This document shows positions 8,637 through 17,907 of a stretch of DNA of 64,000 nucleotides, one piece after another. Each line of letters begins with the position of its first letter. Position 1 is the first letter of the stretch. Source of the DNA: a virus; IMG/VR virus record IMGVR_UViG_3300020214_000005, positions 33,936-97,935 of that record; one strand, 5' to 3'. The notes below the pieces were generated by a model. That model saw nothing but the letters and a program-made list of their open reading frames with translations, had not been told where the DNA came from and did not search any database. The translations under genes and the position numbers were made by a program.

Positions 8637-9017
8637 GTGCTATTCGTGACCGAACCGGGGCGTGGGAGAGCCGGCAAGTACGCGCGGCGCAGGAAGAAGG
8701 CCGCCGCGGCCGGCGCCGGCGACGTGATGCGCGTGTGGAACGAGTGGGTGCGCGTGCACCGGCCCGGGCAGGAGAACAGGGTCAGGCTGACCGAGGAGCG
8801 CGAGGAGAGGATCTCGTGGGCCGTGGCCACCTACGGCGCCGACGCGTGCGTCGAGGCGATAGAGGGCTGCAGGCTCAGCCCGTTCCACCAGGGCGACAAC
8901 GACCGCCGGCGCAAGTACGACGACGTGGAGCTCATACTGCGCGACGCGGCCAAGATCGAGAGGTTCCGCGAGATCGCGAGGGAGCACCGCGCGCGGCCGA
9001 GGGGCACCGACTTCTGA
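8637..9017 (+). CDS. Putative phage replication initiator / replisome organiser C-terminal-like protein (start uncertain)
   Basis: VW..W....RLT..R...I......YG......AIEG...SPFH.G.N...KY....ILR...IERF pattern; adjacent to a loader-like gene. Confidence 0.5.
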   Translation: MLFVTEPGRGRAGKYARRRKKAAAAGAGDVMRVWNEWVRVHRPGQENRVRLTEEREERISWAVATYGADACVEAIEGCRLSPFHQGDNDRRRKYDDVELILRDAAKIERFREIAREHRARPRGTDF

Positions 9018-9496
9018 TGGACCGCGAGTCGGCGGGCAGGGTCGTCGTGGCCTTCTACAACGCCTGGAACGAGCGCATCCCCAAGGGGACCGACTGGGAC
9101 GAGCTGCTCTCCACCTGGGCCCGCTTCTTGTCCGACGTGAGCGTCGAGGAGGCCCGCCACGCCTACCGCCGCCTCGTGGCCCAGGACTCCAACTGGCTCC
9201 CGAGGCCCGGCACCGCGCGCCGGGTCGCGATCGCGTCGAGGGGCGGGCAGCCGCCGAGGGAGTGGGAGGCGTGGGCGCAGCTCCGCAGGATCGCCGAGGC
9301 CTCGTACGCCGGCGTCGGCTCGGGCGAGAAGCTCCACGCCGTCGTCTCCGCCACGCTCGCCTCGCTCGGCGGCAGGGACGCGCTCGAGCTCCACACGAAC
9401 GGCGACCGCGAGCTCTTCTTCCGCGCGTACCGCGAGAAGCTCGCCGACTGGGAGGCCGCCGAGTACGGGGTCCCCCCGGCGGAGGGGAGGGCGTAG
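9017..9496 (+). CDS. Putative replicative helicase loader/inhibitor (G39P-like)
   Basis: W..FLSD....A..A...L......P.P followed by EAW; TGATG-coupled to the initiator-like gene. Confidence 0.5.
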   Translation: MDRESAGRVVVAFYNAWNERIPKGTDWDELLSTWARFLSDVSVEEARHAYRRLVAQDSNWLPRPGTARRVAIASRGGQPPREWEAWAQLRRIAEASYAGVGSGEKLHAVVSATLASLGGRDALELHTNGDRELFFRAYREKLADWEAAEYGVPPAEGRA

Positions 9497-9508
9497 TAGC
9501 CTCGCCCC

Positions 9509-9694
9509 GTGGCGAACGGGAGAGGCGGCAGGCCGGCCAAGAGGGCCGACGGGGACTGGGCGACGGTGACCGTGCGCGTGCCCGCCTGGTTCAAGAACCA
9601 CCTGATCGAGGTGTCCGAGGGCTACGACATGTCGATCACCGACTACGTGAAGGCCCTGGTGCTCAGGGATGCCCCGCCGCCCGACGCCTCCTAG
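9509..9694 (+). CDS. Ribbon-helix-helix DNA-binding protein
   Basis: TVTVRVP..FK..L...S....MSITDYVKALV. Confidence 0.65.
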   Translation: MANGRGGRPAKRADGDWATVTVRVPAWFKNHLIEVSEGYDMSITDYVKALVLRDAPPPDAS

Positions 9695-10010
9695 GGGCGA
9701 CGACGACCCCCACCAGGTCTGCGTGCGGATCCCGGGCTGGCTGAAGGGCAGGGTGCTGGCGATCTGCGAGCGCGACGGGATCTCCGTCAACGCGTTCGTC
9801 TCCAACGCGATCCGCGAGTCCGAGAGGGCGGGCCGCGGGCTGCCGTCCCCGCCCGAGGGCCGTCCCAACCCGGGGATAGCCGAGGTGCTCGCCGCCTACG
9901 CCACCGGGGGGAGGGTCGTGAGACCCTGCGGGAGGACCAGGTGCGACCAGAGGCTGGTGCGCCTGGACGGGCGCGAGTTCTGCGACGAGTGCGGGATCAG
10001 GGTCGGATAG
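9669..10010 (+). CDS. Ribbon-helix-helix protein with C-terminal Cys4 zinc ribbon
   Basis: VCVRIP..LK......CERDGISVNAFV; PCGRTRC...FCDECG. Confidence 0.65.
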   Translation: MPRRPTPPRGDDDPHQVCVRIPGWLKGRVLAICERDGISVNAFVSNAIRESERAGRGLPSPPEGRPNPGIAEVLAAYATGGRVVRPCGRTRCDQRLVRLDGREFCDECGIRVG

Positions 10011-10029
10011 ATCGGCCCGCGCGCGTAGT

Positions 10030-10200
10030 TCTATTTTTTCTTAGCCTCGCATAAATTAGCCCGCGCACGCGCGGTCGCAATTTTTTTTAGCCGCGATTAT
10101 TCCCGGTCTCGCATAGATTAGCCCGCCCGCGCGCGGCCACGATTTTTTTTCGCCGCATAAATTAGCCCGCACGCGCGCGGCTACGATTTTTTTTCGCCGC
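10030..10200. repeat. Three CGCATA(A/G)ATTAGCCCGC repeats interleaved with T6-T9 tracts (origin- or pac-like)
   Basis: Copies at 10048-10064, 10110-10126 and 10154-10170 in a non-coding convergence zone. Confidence 0.75.
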
Positions 10201-10351
10201 TTCGGGCCGGCCGCTTTCCCTCCCCCGCCGATCCGGGCAGGCACGCCTGGCAAACACAAAATCCCGGCCCGGGGCTCGAACCGGCCCCGCGGCCGTTCGC
10301 GCGGGCGTTCAGGCGGCCATCCTGCGTTCGCGCGGGCGTCCCGCATCCGCG

Positions 10352-10717
10352 TCACTCGCCCCACATCTGGCTGAGCGTCGGCCTCGTCGGCGCGATCCCC
10401 CTGCGCTTCTGCTCGGCGGCCAGCTGCCTCGAGGTCAGGCCGGCCCACACGCCGTGCATGTCGGCGGCCGGGAACTCCAGCGCGTAGTCGAGGCACCTCG
10501 GCCGGACGGTGCAGTGCGCGCACATCTCGCGCGCCTCCTGGATGTAGCTGATGTCCTTGTGCCCCTTGGGGAACATCTTGTCCGTCTCGCCCCGGCACCT
10601 GGCGTTCTTCATCCACCCGTATCTTGGTATATCGGGCGCCCGCGGCCCGTCGGCCCGTTTCCCCCCGCCCCCGCCCGTCGGCCGCTTGCGCTCCCGGGCG
10701 TCCCTCTTCCTCGGCAT
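10352..10717 (-). CDS. whiB: WhiB-family Fe-S transcriptional regulator
   Basis: W...ARC...FP...CAHC.VR..CLDYAL...GVWAG. Confidence 0.92.
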   Translation of the reverse strand: MPRKRDARERKRPTGGGGGKRADGPRAPDIPRYGWMKNARCRGETDKMFPKGHKDISYIQEAREMCAHCTVRPRCLDYALEFPAADMHGVWAGLTSRQLAAEQKRRGIAPTRPTLSQMWGE

Positions 10718-10767
10718 GTCGCCTCCCTGGGGGGCGAGATTACCGGATGGCTACTAACTAATTGGCG

Positions 10768-11421
10768 CTACTGCTTGCGCCTGTTTTTCCGGGGGACGTT
10801 TTTCCTGCGGCTACTTCCCGCGCGCCTCTTCTGGTGCTGGGTGGCGACGTGGAACGGCGCCCCCGTCCCCGGGTCGAACCTGCTCGCGACCGAGAGCGCC
10901 TTGAGCACCGAGTTGCGCGCCGTCAGCACCGACCTCCCCCAGCCCGTGGCCGTCAGCGCCCCCAGGGCGTAGTGCGCCCCGCTCCCGACGGCGTACAGGC
11001 CCGAGGCGTCCGAGATCCAGCTGTAGTCCCCGTCTATCGGGTAGGCCCTGCCGTTCACCGCCACTATCAGCTCGCTGTCGAACTCCGTCTTCCCCGGGTG
11101 GTCCTTGATCACGGGGGCGTACCCCGACTTCTCCAGCACCTCGCGCAGGGACGGGACGAACTCGGCCGAGACGAACCTGTCGAGCCCCTGCCCCGAGAGC
11201 GTGGGCCTGGGCGCCGGCGGGTTGAAGTTGTGCGACAGCACGTTGATCGCCCTGAGGTCGCCCGCCGCCCCGATCAGCCACGGCCCGTTCTGGACGACCT
11301 TCCTCTGGCTCTCGGCGAGGACGTGGATCTCCGCCCTGCCCTCGCCGTCGGTGACCGAGATCCGCGAGTCCCAGCCCACGATGCACCAGCCGTCGCCCTG
11401 GACGGCGACTATGGTCGTCAT
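10768..11421 (-). CDS. Proteasome beta-subunit/HslV-like Ntn-hydrolase protease
   Basis: MTTIVAV start (Thr1 after Met removal), DSR, RKV, AVGSGA.YALGAL, D..TG. Confidence 0.85.
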   Translation of the reverse strand: MTTIVAVQGDGWCIVGWDSRISVTDGEGRAEIHVLAESQRKVVQNGPWLIGAAGDLRAINVLSHNFNPPAPRPTLSGQGLDRFVSAEFVPSLREVLEKSGYAPVIKDHPGKTEFDSELIVAVNGRAYPIDGDYSWISDASGLYAVGSGAHYALGALTATGWGRSVLTARNSVLKALSVASRFDPGTGAPFHVATQHQKRRAGSSRRKNVPRKNRRKQ

Positions 11422-11530
11422 CGGTCGCTCCCGCGCCGGTGCCCCCTTGGCGTCGCTGGGACGGTGCCACAAGGAGGGCTTTGAGGGGTGCGTGTCTGGT
11501 CGGTGGACAAGTGCGTTCCTCGTTCCCGGC

Positions 11531-12766
11531 CTAGGACGCCTTGACGACGGGGGGCTTGGTCTTCCGCGCGTCGTACTCCCTGCCCCTGAACATGGCGTAG
11601 CCGTCGTAGATCGTGACCACCTCGTAGCTGAAGAAGTTCTTCCCCGTCTCCTCGTAGGTGACGAGCCCGACGCCCTGCTGCCAGTCCTCCACGACGGTCT
11701 TGGGGCGCCCCCAGGCGTCCACCCCGCCCTTGGTGGACGGCACCGCGCCGTCTATGCGGGCGAGCGTGCCCGGGCTGGCGGCCATGATCGTGCGGGCCCC
11801 GTCCCAGTCGTGGCGGGTCCTGTAGGCCAGCTCGATCCTGTGGATGTGCCCGTAGATCACCGAGAGCTTCTGCTCGTTGAGGTAGATGTGGGCCGTCGAG
11901 CCGCGGGAGCGGACCCTGGTTCCGTGGATGCAGGCGAGCTGGTTGTTCAGCAGGTAGCGCCCGGCCGGGTAGCCGCTCTCGAACCCCACGCCGTACTCCT
12001 CCATCCTGCAGAGCGACGGGATCGACATGTCGGGCCACGCCTTCGGGGTGTTCCCCTTGGTGATGCCGAAGGCGGCCTTGGCGTTGTCGAGGATGTAGTT
12101 GGTGAGCCTCTCCTCGTGGTTGCCGGCCAGCCACACGATCTTCGCCTTCGGCGCCGCCGACCTGAGCTCGGCGCACAGGGTCGTCGCCCTGTCGATCGAC
12201 GCCTGCGTCGTGAGCGCGAACGCCGGGCTGAGCCTGTACTTGCCGAACTCCGGCAGGTCCAGGTTGTCGCCGAGCAGGACGATCTGGTCGGGACGTATAT
12301 CGTTCACCATCGACATCATTATCGCGATAGCTTTCTCGTCGTGCGTGGGCACGAGTTCGCCGTCGATGTCCCGGAAATATCCGATCTGTATATCGGGCAC
12401 GATGATGGCGGTCTTCTTGTCCGAAGCGTTCCTCGGTTTCACCTCGGACTTTTGTATTTGCACCGGGGGGCCCGGCTTGGGCAGTTCCCACTTCGGGCCC
12501 TCCTCCCACGCGGGGGAGAACTGGATCGCCTGCAGGTCGTGCACCTGGAAGTCGCCCTCCGCGTCCTTCGTGACCTGCTGGTAGATCGAGACCTTCTTGA
12601 TCGACCCGATGTCGGATATGTCGATGCCCTTGGCGCGGATCATCTCCTCGATGGCGTTGAGGATGCGTCTCGATTTGGTGGCGTCGGCGGCCTTGTCCTT
12701 CATCCGCTTCATCCCCTCGGCCAGTCTCGCGTTGTCGGGTCTGACCTTTTTCATATTCCCTCCCAT
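11531..12766 (-). CDS. Calcineurin-like metallophosphoesterase
   Basis: PDIQ, LGDNLD, AGNHE, IHG and GHIHR motifs. Confidence 0.85.
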   Translation of the reverse strand: MGGNMKKVRPDNARLAEGMKRMKDKAADATKSRRILNAIEEMIRAKGIDISDIGSIKKVSIYQQVTKDAEGDFQVHDLQAIQFSPAWEEGPKWELPKPGPPVQIQKSEVKPRNASDKKTAIIVPDIQIGYFRDIDGELVPTHDEKAIAIMMSMVNDIRPDQIVLLGDNLDLPEFGKYRLSPAFALTTQASIDRATTLCAELRSAAPKAKIVWLAGNHEERLTNYILDNAKAAFGITKGNTPKAWPDMSIPSLCRMEEYGVGFESGYPAGRYLLNNQLACIHGTRVRSRGSTAHIYLNEQKLSVIYGHIHRIELAYRTRHDWDGARTIMAASPGTLARIDGAVPSTKGGVDAWGRPKTVVEDWQQGVGLVTYEETGKNFFSYEVVTIYDGYAMFRGREYDARKTKPPVVKAS

Positions 12767-12793
12767 GGTTTCCTGAATGCCCCCGCGTTTTTT

Positions 12794-13123
12794 TTATTGG
12801 CCGAACTTCTCGTCCAGCCCGCACTTGTCCTCGTGGGCGCACGAGCAGACCCTCGCCCGGTAGTCGTAGACCGTCTGGCGGGCGATCCTTATCCCCGACG
12901 CCCGCATCTCGCGGATTATGTCGCTCGTGGTGGTTATCTGGTCGTTGAGCACGTCGTACAGGCACTGGCTGGTCTCGTCGTCGAGCCTCTTCAGGATCTT
13001 CGCCATCGGGCACACGAGGTGCGTGCATTCCTTCTCGGCGTTCGTCCCTATCTTTTTCAGCCTCTGGGAGAGCCTGTCTATTTTCCGGTCTATCTTCAGC
13101 GTCTTCTTCGGGTCTTTGGCCAC
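12794..13123 (-). CDS. Hypothetical protein with possible HTH and Cys cluster
   Basis: TSDIIREM...GIRIARQTVYDYR...CSC. Confidence 0.55.
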   Translation of the reverse strand: MAKDPKKTLKIDRKIDRLSQRLKKIGTNAEKECTHLVCPMAKILKRLDDETSQCLYDVLNDQITTTSDIIREMRASGIRIARQTVYDYRARVCSCAHEDKCGLDEKFGQ

Positions 13124-13183
13124 ATCTCCTCCTCCGCGGCAACCTTATACCACGGAGGGGCGTTCGCACAATAGTATAAGTCG

Positions 13184-13621
13184 GTGACCTCAGGGGAATA
13201 CAGAAAGCACTCGATAGACGACGCCCTCGCGAAGGCGATAAGGGACAGCGTGGGCGACGACGACGAGGCGCGCCGGCTCGCCCAGAAGGTCATGAAGCAG
13301 CTGGACAAGCACGGGTTGATCTACTACTCGGCCCCCGACGAGATCAGCCTGCTCAGCGCCGCCGGCCGGCTCCTCGTGGCCCTGGCCGAGACCCCCAACG
13401 CGACCCAGCGGTCCCTCGCCGTGTTCCTGGGCGTGAGCGAGGGGGCGGTCCGCAAGTCGGTCGACCAGCTCGTGGCGGCGGGCCTGGTGGCAAAGACAAA
13501 AGTCAAGAACAGGAACCTCCTCGTGATCGTCCCCAGGAAGGTCGCCGAGACGAGCGATATCAGGAGGTTCGGGGCGCTGCTCAGGGTCGCGTCGGCGGGC
13601 GGGGACGACGAGCTCTTCTGA
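13184..13621 (+). CDS. Winged-helix (MarR-like) DNA-binding protein
   Basis: PNATQRSLAVFLGVSEGAVRKSVDQLVAAGLV. Confidence 0.75.
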   Translation: MTSGEYRKHSIDDALAKAIRDSVGDDDEARRLAQKVMKQLDKHGLIYYSAPDEISLLSAAGRLLVALAETPNATQRSLAVFLGVSEGAVRKSVDQLVAAGLVAKTKVKNRNLLVIVPRKVAETSDIRRFGALLRVASAGGDDELF

Positions 13622-13632
13622 TATCTTGGGGC

Positions 13633-13806
13633 ATGCAACTGCTCTGGTTCCTCATCGGACTGCTCGTCGGTCTCGTCCTGGATTTCTTCCTCGTCGTCTG
13701 CTTGCTCCGGCCCATCATGGCGCGCGTCGCGGAACTGGAGCGCTCGAATCTCTGTCTCCACGGGCGGATCCGGGGGGAGGTGGCGCCCGAACCGGACCAC
13801 AACTAG
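13633..13806 (+). CDS. 57-aa membrane protein (not in the ORF track)
   Basis: MQLLWFLIGLLVGLVLDFFLVVCLLRP... hydrophobic N-terminus. Confidence 0.55.
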   Translation: MQLLWFLIGLLVGLVLDFFLVVCLLRPIMARVAELERSNLCLHGRIRGEVAPEPDHN

Positions 13807-13892
13807 TGTGACCAAAGTCACACGATTTTTTTGGTAGTTATTTGAAAAAAATCCCCTTACGGGTTGCAATGCCGAACGCCGTGCCCTAGCGT
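13807..13892 (+). promoter_or_regulatory. TGTGA-N6-TCACA box plus promoter TTGCAA-N17-TAGCGT
   Basis: Box 13807-13822; -35 13864-13869; -10 13887-13892. Confidence 0.75.
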
Positions 13893-13929
13893 GTCCCATA
13901 AGTTATCCAACTACATAGGAGAAGAGGAC

Positions 13930-14343
13930 ATGAAAGAGAAGCAGAAGAAACCGGCCAGCGCGATGCAGGCGGCCCGAGCGTTCGCCGACGCCAAGTCGTG
14001 CTACGACGAGGCGGTCAAGACGAAGAAGCTCGCCGAGCAGAACTTCATCGAGGCGTGCGCCAAGGAGGGCGTGGAGTTCTCGGTGATCACCAACGACGCC
14101 GGCGTTTCGTCCAAGGTGTTCGTGCGCCGCACGATCCGCACCAAGGTCATCCTGGACAAGCTGCGCAAGCTCGTCAAGCCGGCCGTGCTCAAGAAGCTCG
14201 TAGTCGAGGAGCTCGACCAGAAGCTGGTCGCCAGCGCCATCAACATGAACATACTCGACCAGGCCACGGTAGACCAGGCCAGCGAGGCCACCACCGTCGT
14301 CTCGGTCATGATCGCCGAGCTCGAGTCCAAGATCGACGCCTGA
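13930..14343 (+). CDS. Hypothetical protein
   Basis: ATG at 13930 with GGAG/GAGG upstream. Confidence 0.7.
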   Translation: MKEKQKKPASAMQAARAFADAKSCYDEAVKTKKLAEQNFIEACAKEGVEFSVITNDAGVSSKVFVRRTIRTKVILDKLRKLVKPAVLKKLVVEELDQKLVASAINMNILDQATVDQASEATTVVSVMIAELESKIDA

Positions 14344-14399
14344 TGCAGCCGATCTTGTTCTTCGCGTTCTGCGGGTTCATCGTCTGGCTGTGGAGCTGA
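14343..14399 (+). CDS. 18-aa hydrophobic microprotein MQPILFFAFCGFIVWLWS
   Basis: TGATG coupling; paralog at 7382-7438. Confidence 0.65.
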   Translation: MQPILFFAFCGFIVWLWS

Positions 14400-14506
14400 C
14401 CGACGACCCGGCCGCTCGCAACGCGACGACGCACCAGTACGCTCGCCATGGGGACGATGTCCCCATGGCGAACGGGAAAACAAAACGATAGGGTCAGGAG
14501 GACCAG

Positions 14507-14731
14507 ATGAAGAGAACGATAAGCACAGTGGAGAAAGAAGTAGCCAAGCGCCTTCGCGCGGCCCGGACGAGGGCCGAGATGTCGCAGGGCAACCTCGCCG
14601 ACGCCGCGGGGATCGAGCGCAAGACCGTGAACCGGATCGAGAACGGACATTTCTCGCCCAACTTGGAAACGCTCACCCGCCTTTGCGCGGCGCTGGGCAC
14701 CAAGCTCTCGGCGTTCCTGAAAGGGATTTAA
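14507..14731 (+). CDS. XRE/Cro-C1 HTH regulator
   Basis: LRAAR...MSQ..LA..AGI.RKTVNRIENG...PNLETL; AGGAGG SD. Confidence 0.9.
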   Translation: MKRTISTVEKEVAKRLRAARTRAEMSQGNLADAAGIERKTVNRIENGHFSPNLETLTRLCAALGTKLSAFLKGI

Positions 14732-14815
14732 CCGAGTAGAAGAGCGGCCCCCGGGGTCTCCCTCCCTTTTCCGACCTCGGGGACCGGCTTCACTATATTA
14801 CGTCAACGTAATTCC

Positions 14816-14889
14816 GTCCTCGTAGCTCAGCCGGATAGAGCGACGGCTTCCTAAGCCGCAGGTCGCAGGTTCGACTCCTGCCGGGGACG
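14816..14889 (+). tRNA. tRNA-Arg(CCU)
   Basis: Acceptor GTCCTCG/CGGGGAC; anticodon loop TTCCTAA; T arm GCAGG-TTCGACT-CCTGC. Confidence 0.92.
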
Positions 14890-14892
14890 CAG

Positions 14893-15210
14893 TCAGTTGA
14901 CGAAGGCCTCGTTGATGGCGGCGACGACCTTGTCCGGCCCCATCGCCCCGACGATGGACGAGACCTTCCGCCCGCCGGCGAACATCAGGAGCGTGGGGAT
15001 GCTCAGCACGTTGAAGCGTCTCGCCAGCTCCGGGTTCTCGTCCACGTTGCACTTGTAGAAGGCGACGGCCCCCTCGTAGATGACCGAGATGTCCTCCAGC
15101 ATCGGGCCCATCACCTGGCACGGCCCGCACCACTCGGCCCACATGTCGACGACGACTGGGTCCCCCTGGTCGAGGATTGCGTCGAGCTCGTTGTCGCCTA
15201 TTTCCCGCAT
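14893..15210 (-). CDS. trxA: Thioredoxin
   Basis: WAEWCGPC active site; SIPTL. Confidence 0.95.
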   Translation of the reverse strand: MREIGDNELDAILDQGDPVVVDMWAEWCGPCQVMGPMLEDISVIYEGAVAFYKCNVDENPELARRFNVLSIPTLLMFAGGRKVSSIVGAMGPDKVVAAINEAFVN

Positions 15211-15281
15211 GAAAGAATTTTATCGCCCGGGTTGCCGCCCGGGGAGGATGGCCGTAGGGTGGACCTTACTACCTACAAGGA

Positions 15282-15524
15282 GTGTTTACCATGATCTACA
15301 TACCAGGAGAATCTTGGCGACGCAAAGCGAAGTGCGCGACCATACCTCAGACCAACGACTTCTTCCCGGTCGGGAGGAAGCACCCGAAGATCGCGCTGCA
15401 GGCGTGCTCCGTCTGCTTGGTCCGCAAGCCCTGCCTCAAGTACGCTCTGGACAACGACATAGAGCACGGCATATGGGGCGGCAAGACCGAGAGCCAGCGA
15501 AGACGCATGAGGAAGTGCAAGTAG
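15282..15524 (+). CDS. whiB: Second WhiB-family regulator
   Basis: WRRKAKC...FFP...CSVC.VRKPCLKYAL...GIWGG. Confidence 0.92.
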   Translation: MFTMIYIPGESWRRKAKCATIPQTNDFFPVGRKHPKIALQACSVCLVRKPCLKYALDNDIEHGIWGGKTESQRRRMRKCK

Positions 15525-15533
15525 GGGGCAAGC

Positions 15534-17477
15534 GTGAACCAACGTTATCTTTGGCTCGGTGACGGGGAGCTCGTGATGGATTTCCCCTACGACGCGGGCG
15601 ACGTCCAGGCGATCAAATGCATACAGGGCGCCCGCTGGGACAAGCTCGGCAAGGTCTGGAGGCTCCCTGCCACGAGCATCCGCGAGGCCAGGCATTTCGC
15701 CTCGTCGCGGGGTTTCAGGATAGACCCGGCGGTTCTGAAGTTCGATGCCCCCGCCCGGCTCCACGACCCAGCAGGGATCACCTGCACGGCCTCCTGGATC
15801 TACGTGGACTTTTCGTGGGACGAGGTGAAGGTCCGCCAGGTCAAGAAGATCCCGGGCGTCACGTGGAACTCGAAGACCAAGGCTTGGAAGGTGCCGAAGA
15901 CGTCGGCCATGGAGGTGATCGGATTCGCAGAGTCCTTCAAGATGGGGGTTCCCGACGACCTCCGCGAGTACGCGGAACGCCGCAAGCTCGAGAGCAAGAC
16001 CATGACGGAGGCGTCCAGGGCGGAGTCCGCAGACATCAAGGTGGACGACATCAACGGCAACCTCCTGCCGTACCAGCTGGCGGGCGTCAGCTACGCCTTC
16101 AATGCCCGTCGCTGCTTCATCGCCGACGACATGGGCCTCGGCAAGACCCTCCAGGCGATAGCGACCCTCGAGTACGCCGAGCAGAACGGGTCGTCCCCGT
16201 TCCCGGTGGTGGTCGTCTGCCCGCCGAACCTGGTCCTCAACTGGAAGGCGGAGTACGCGAAATGGGCTCCGCACCGGTCGGTCGCCGTGGTGACCGACAG
16301 GAAGAACCTCCCCGAGGACGAGCACGACGTGCTCATTGTGGGGTATTCGAACATCGACCACTGGGCCAAATTCCTGAACGACTACAAGAGCCTCGTGTGC
16401 GACGAGTCGCACTACCTCAAGACCAAGGACGCGCAACGGACCAAGGCGGCGACGAGGATCGCCAAGCGGGTCGGCACGGGAATAGTCCTTTGCCTCACTG
16501 GCACCCCTGTCACCAACAGGCCGATGGAGTACGCGAGCCAGCTCGGCATAATCGGGCGGCTCGACGAGTTCGGCGGCGAGTGGGGTTTCTACCGCCGCTA
16601 CTGCGCGGCCTTCAAGGACAAGTTCGGCCACTGGATTCTCAGCGGCGCGTCCAACCTGGAAGAGCTGAACGACAGGCTCCGCTCGTCCTGCTACATCAGG
16701 AGGACCAAGGACCAGGTGCTCGCCGAGCTCCCTGACGTCGTGCACGACATGTACCACGTGGGCATGTCGGAGAAGCACGCCAAGGAGTACGTCAAGGCCG
16801 AGGACGACATCGTGGAGTACCTCGTGGCGCGGGCGAGGAAGATCGCCGAAGATCTCGGCACGTCCCCGGGGTCGGCCGCCGTCATGGCCAGAATGAAGAC
16901 CGAGTCGCACCTGCATCTTGTGAAGATATCCGTGCTCCGCAGGCTGGCGGCCAAGGCGAAGATGGAGGCGATCAAGGAGTGGGTGCAGGCGAACATCGAC
17001 GCCGGGGAGAAGGTCGTGATCGCGGCCCACCACAGGGACATCGTGGACGAGCTGGCCCTGCATTTTGGTGGTCTCAAGATTCAGGGGGGAATGAAGGTGG
17101 AGGAGGTCGAGGATGCCAAGAAGAAATTCCAGACCCTCCCGATTGAGGATGCCCCTGCGATCGTCCTGTCCATCCAGGCGGCGAAGACTGGCCACACCCT
17201 CACGGCGGCGCAGAAGGTCCTCTTCGTGGAGCTTCCGTGGACGCCGGCCGACGTGGATCAGCTCTACTCCCGCTGCCACAGGCTCGGCCAGAAGGGGTCC
17301 GTGATGGTCACCTACTCCATCGCCGACGGAACGGTGGACGAGAAGATCTACGGCCTGATCGAGTCAAAGCGGGATGTCGTCAACGCCGCAGTCGACGGAA
17401 TCTACGAGGACCTCGAGAGGGAAAACGCCGAGCAGCTCATGCTCTCCCTGCTCGACAGGGGTTTGAAAAGTAGGTAA
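15534..17477 (+). CDS. SNF2-family helicase with two N-terminal HARP-like repeats (SMARCAL1-like)
   Basis: DDMGLGKT, DESH, LTGTP, RCHRLGQ; two K.I.G..W....K.W..P repeats. Confidence 0.9.
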   Translation: MNQRYLWLGDGELVMDFPYDAGDVQAIKCIQGARWDKLGKVWRLPATSIREARHFASSRGFRIDPAVLKFDAPARLHDPAGITCTASWIYVDFSWDEVKVRQVKKIPGVTWNSKTKAWKVPKTSAMEVIGFAESFKMGVPDDLREYAERRKLESKTMTEASRAESADIKVDDINGNLLPYQLAGVSYAFNARRCFIADDMGLGKTLQAIATLEYAEQNGSSPFPVVVVCPPNLVLNWKAEYAKWAPHRSVAVVTDRKNLPEDEHDVLIVGYSNIDHWAKFLNDYKSLVCDESHYLKTKDAQRTKAATRIAKRVGTGIVLCLTGTPVTNRPMEYASQLGIIGRLDEFGGEWGFYRRYCAAFKDKFGHWILSGASNLEELNDRLRSSCYIRRTKDQVLAELPDVVHDMYHVGMSEKHAKEYVKAEDDIVEYLVARARKIAEDLGTSPGSAAVMARMKTESHLHLVKISVLRRLAAKAKMEAIKEWVQANIDAGEKVVIAAHHRDIVDELALHFGGLKIQGGMKVEEVEDAKKKFQTLPIEDAPAIVLSIQAAKTGHTLTAAQKVLFVELPWTPADVDQLYSRCHRLGQKGSVMVTYSIADGTVDEKIYGLIESKRDVVNAAVDGIYEDLERENAEQLMLSLLDRGLKSR

Positions 17478-17505
17478 TCGGTGTACACTGGTCCTGCAAT
17501 CCCAA

Positions 17506-17885
17506 GGGGCTGACAGGTTTCGACGATCGGTCTGTCCGGAGAGGATGCGACCCGAGTTGCTCAGACTCGTTAAACAGGGCAAAAAAATAACTGCCAACAA
17601 GCAGTTCGCTCTCGCCGCCTAATCGGGCGACAGGGGAGCAACCGTGAGCCGCAAGGTCGCACGGGGCCGATCCACCGCAGCCCGGCAACAGAAGCGGGGA
17701 TGACGACGGGAAAGGCCGTTGACCTCGGGGAACGAAAGCCCGACGACCTCTCGGAAAGACGAGACGCGGCCTGGGCGACTAGGCGGCCGACCCGTCGGCG
17801 GCGGAGCGACAACGTCACAACGGGGATGGTCGTAGCAGTCTCCTCGGTATCCGCTCGGACGGGGGTTCGATTCCCCCCAGCTCCA
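17506..17885 (+). ncRNA. ssrA: tmRNA; tag peptide ANKQFALAA at 17593-17622
   Basis: 5' GGGGCTGACAGGTTTCGAC; 3' GGGTTCGATTCCCCCCAGCTCCA; tag ORF ends ALAA-stop. Confidence 0.93.
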
Positions 17886-17907
17886 CTCTCGGGACCGCCC
17901 GGTGCCG

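Noticed and set aside
11105-13174. 689-aa plus-strand ORF and other long antisense or alternative-frame ORFs (e.g. 15273-17279, 6821-8323, 55442-56776)
   Set aside because: They are shadows of recognisable genes in GC-rich DNA, with Arg/Pro/Gly-biased or motif-free translations.
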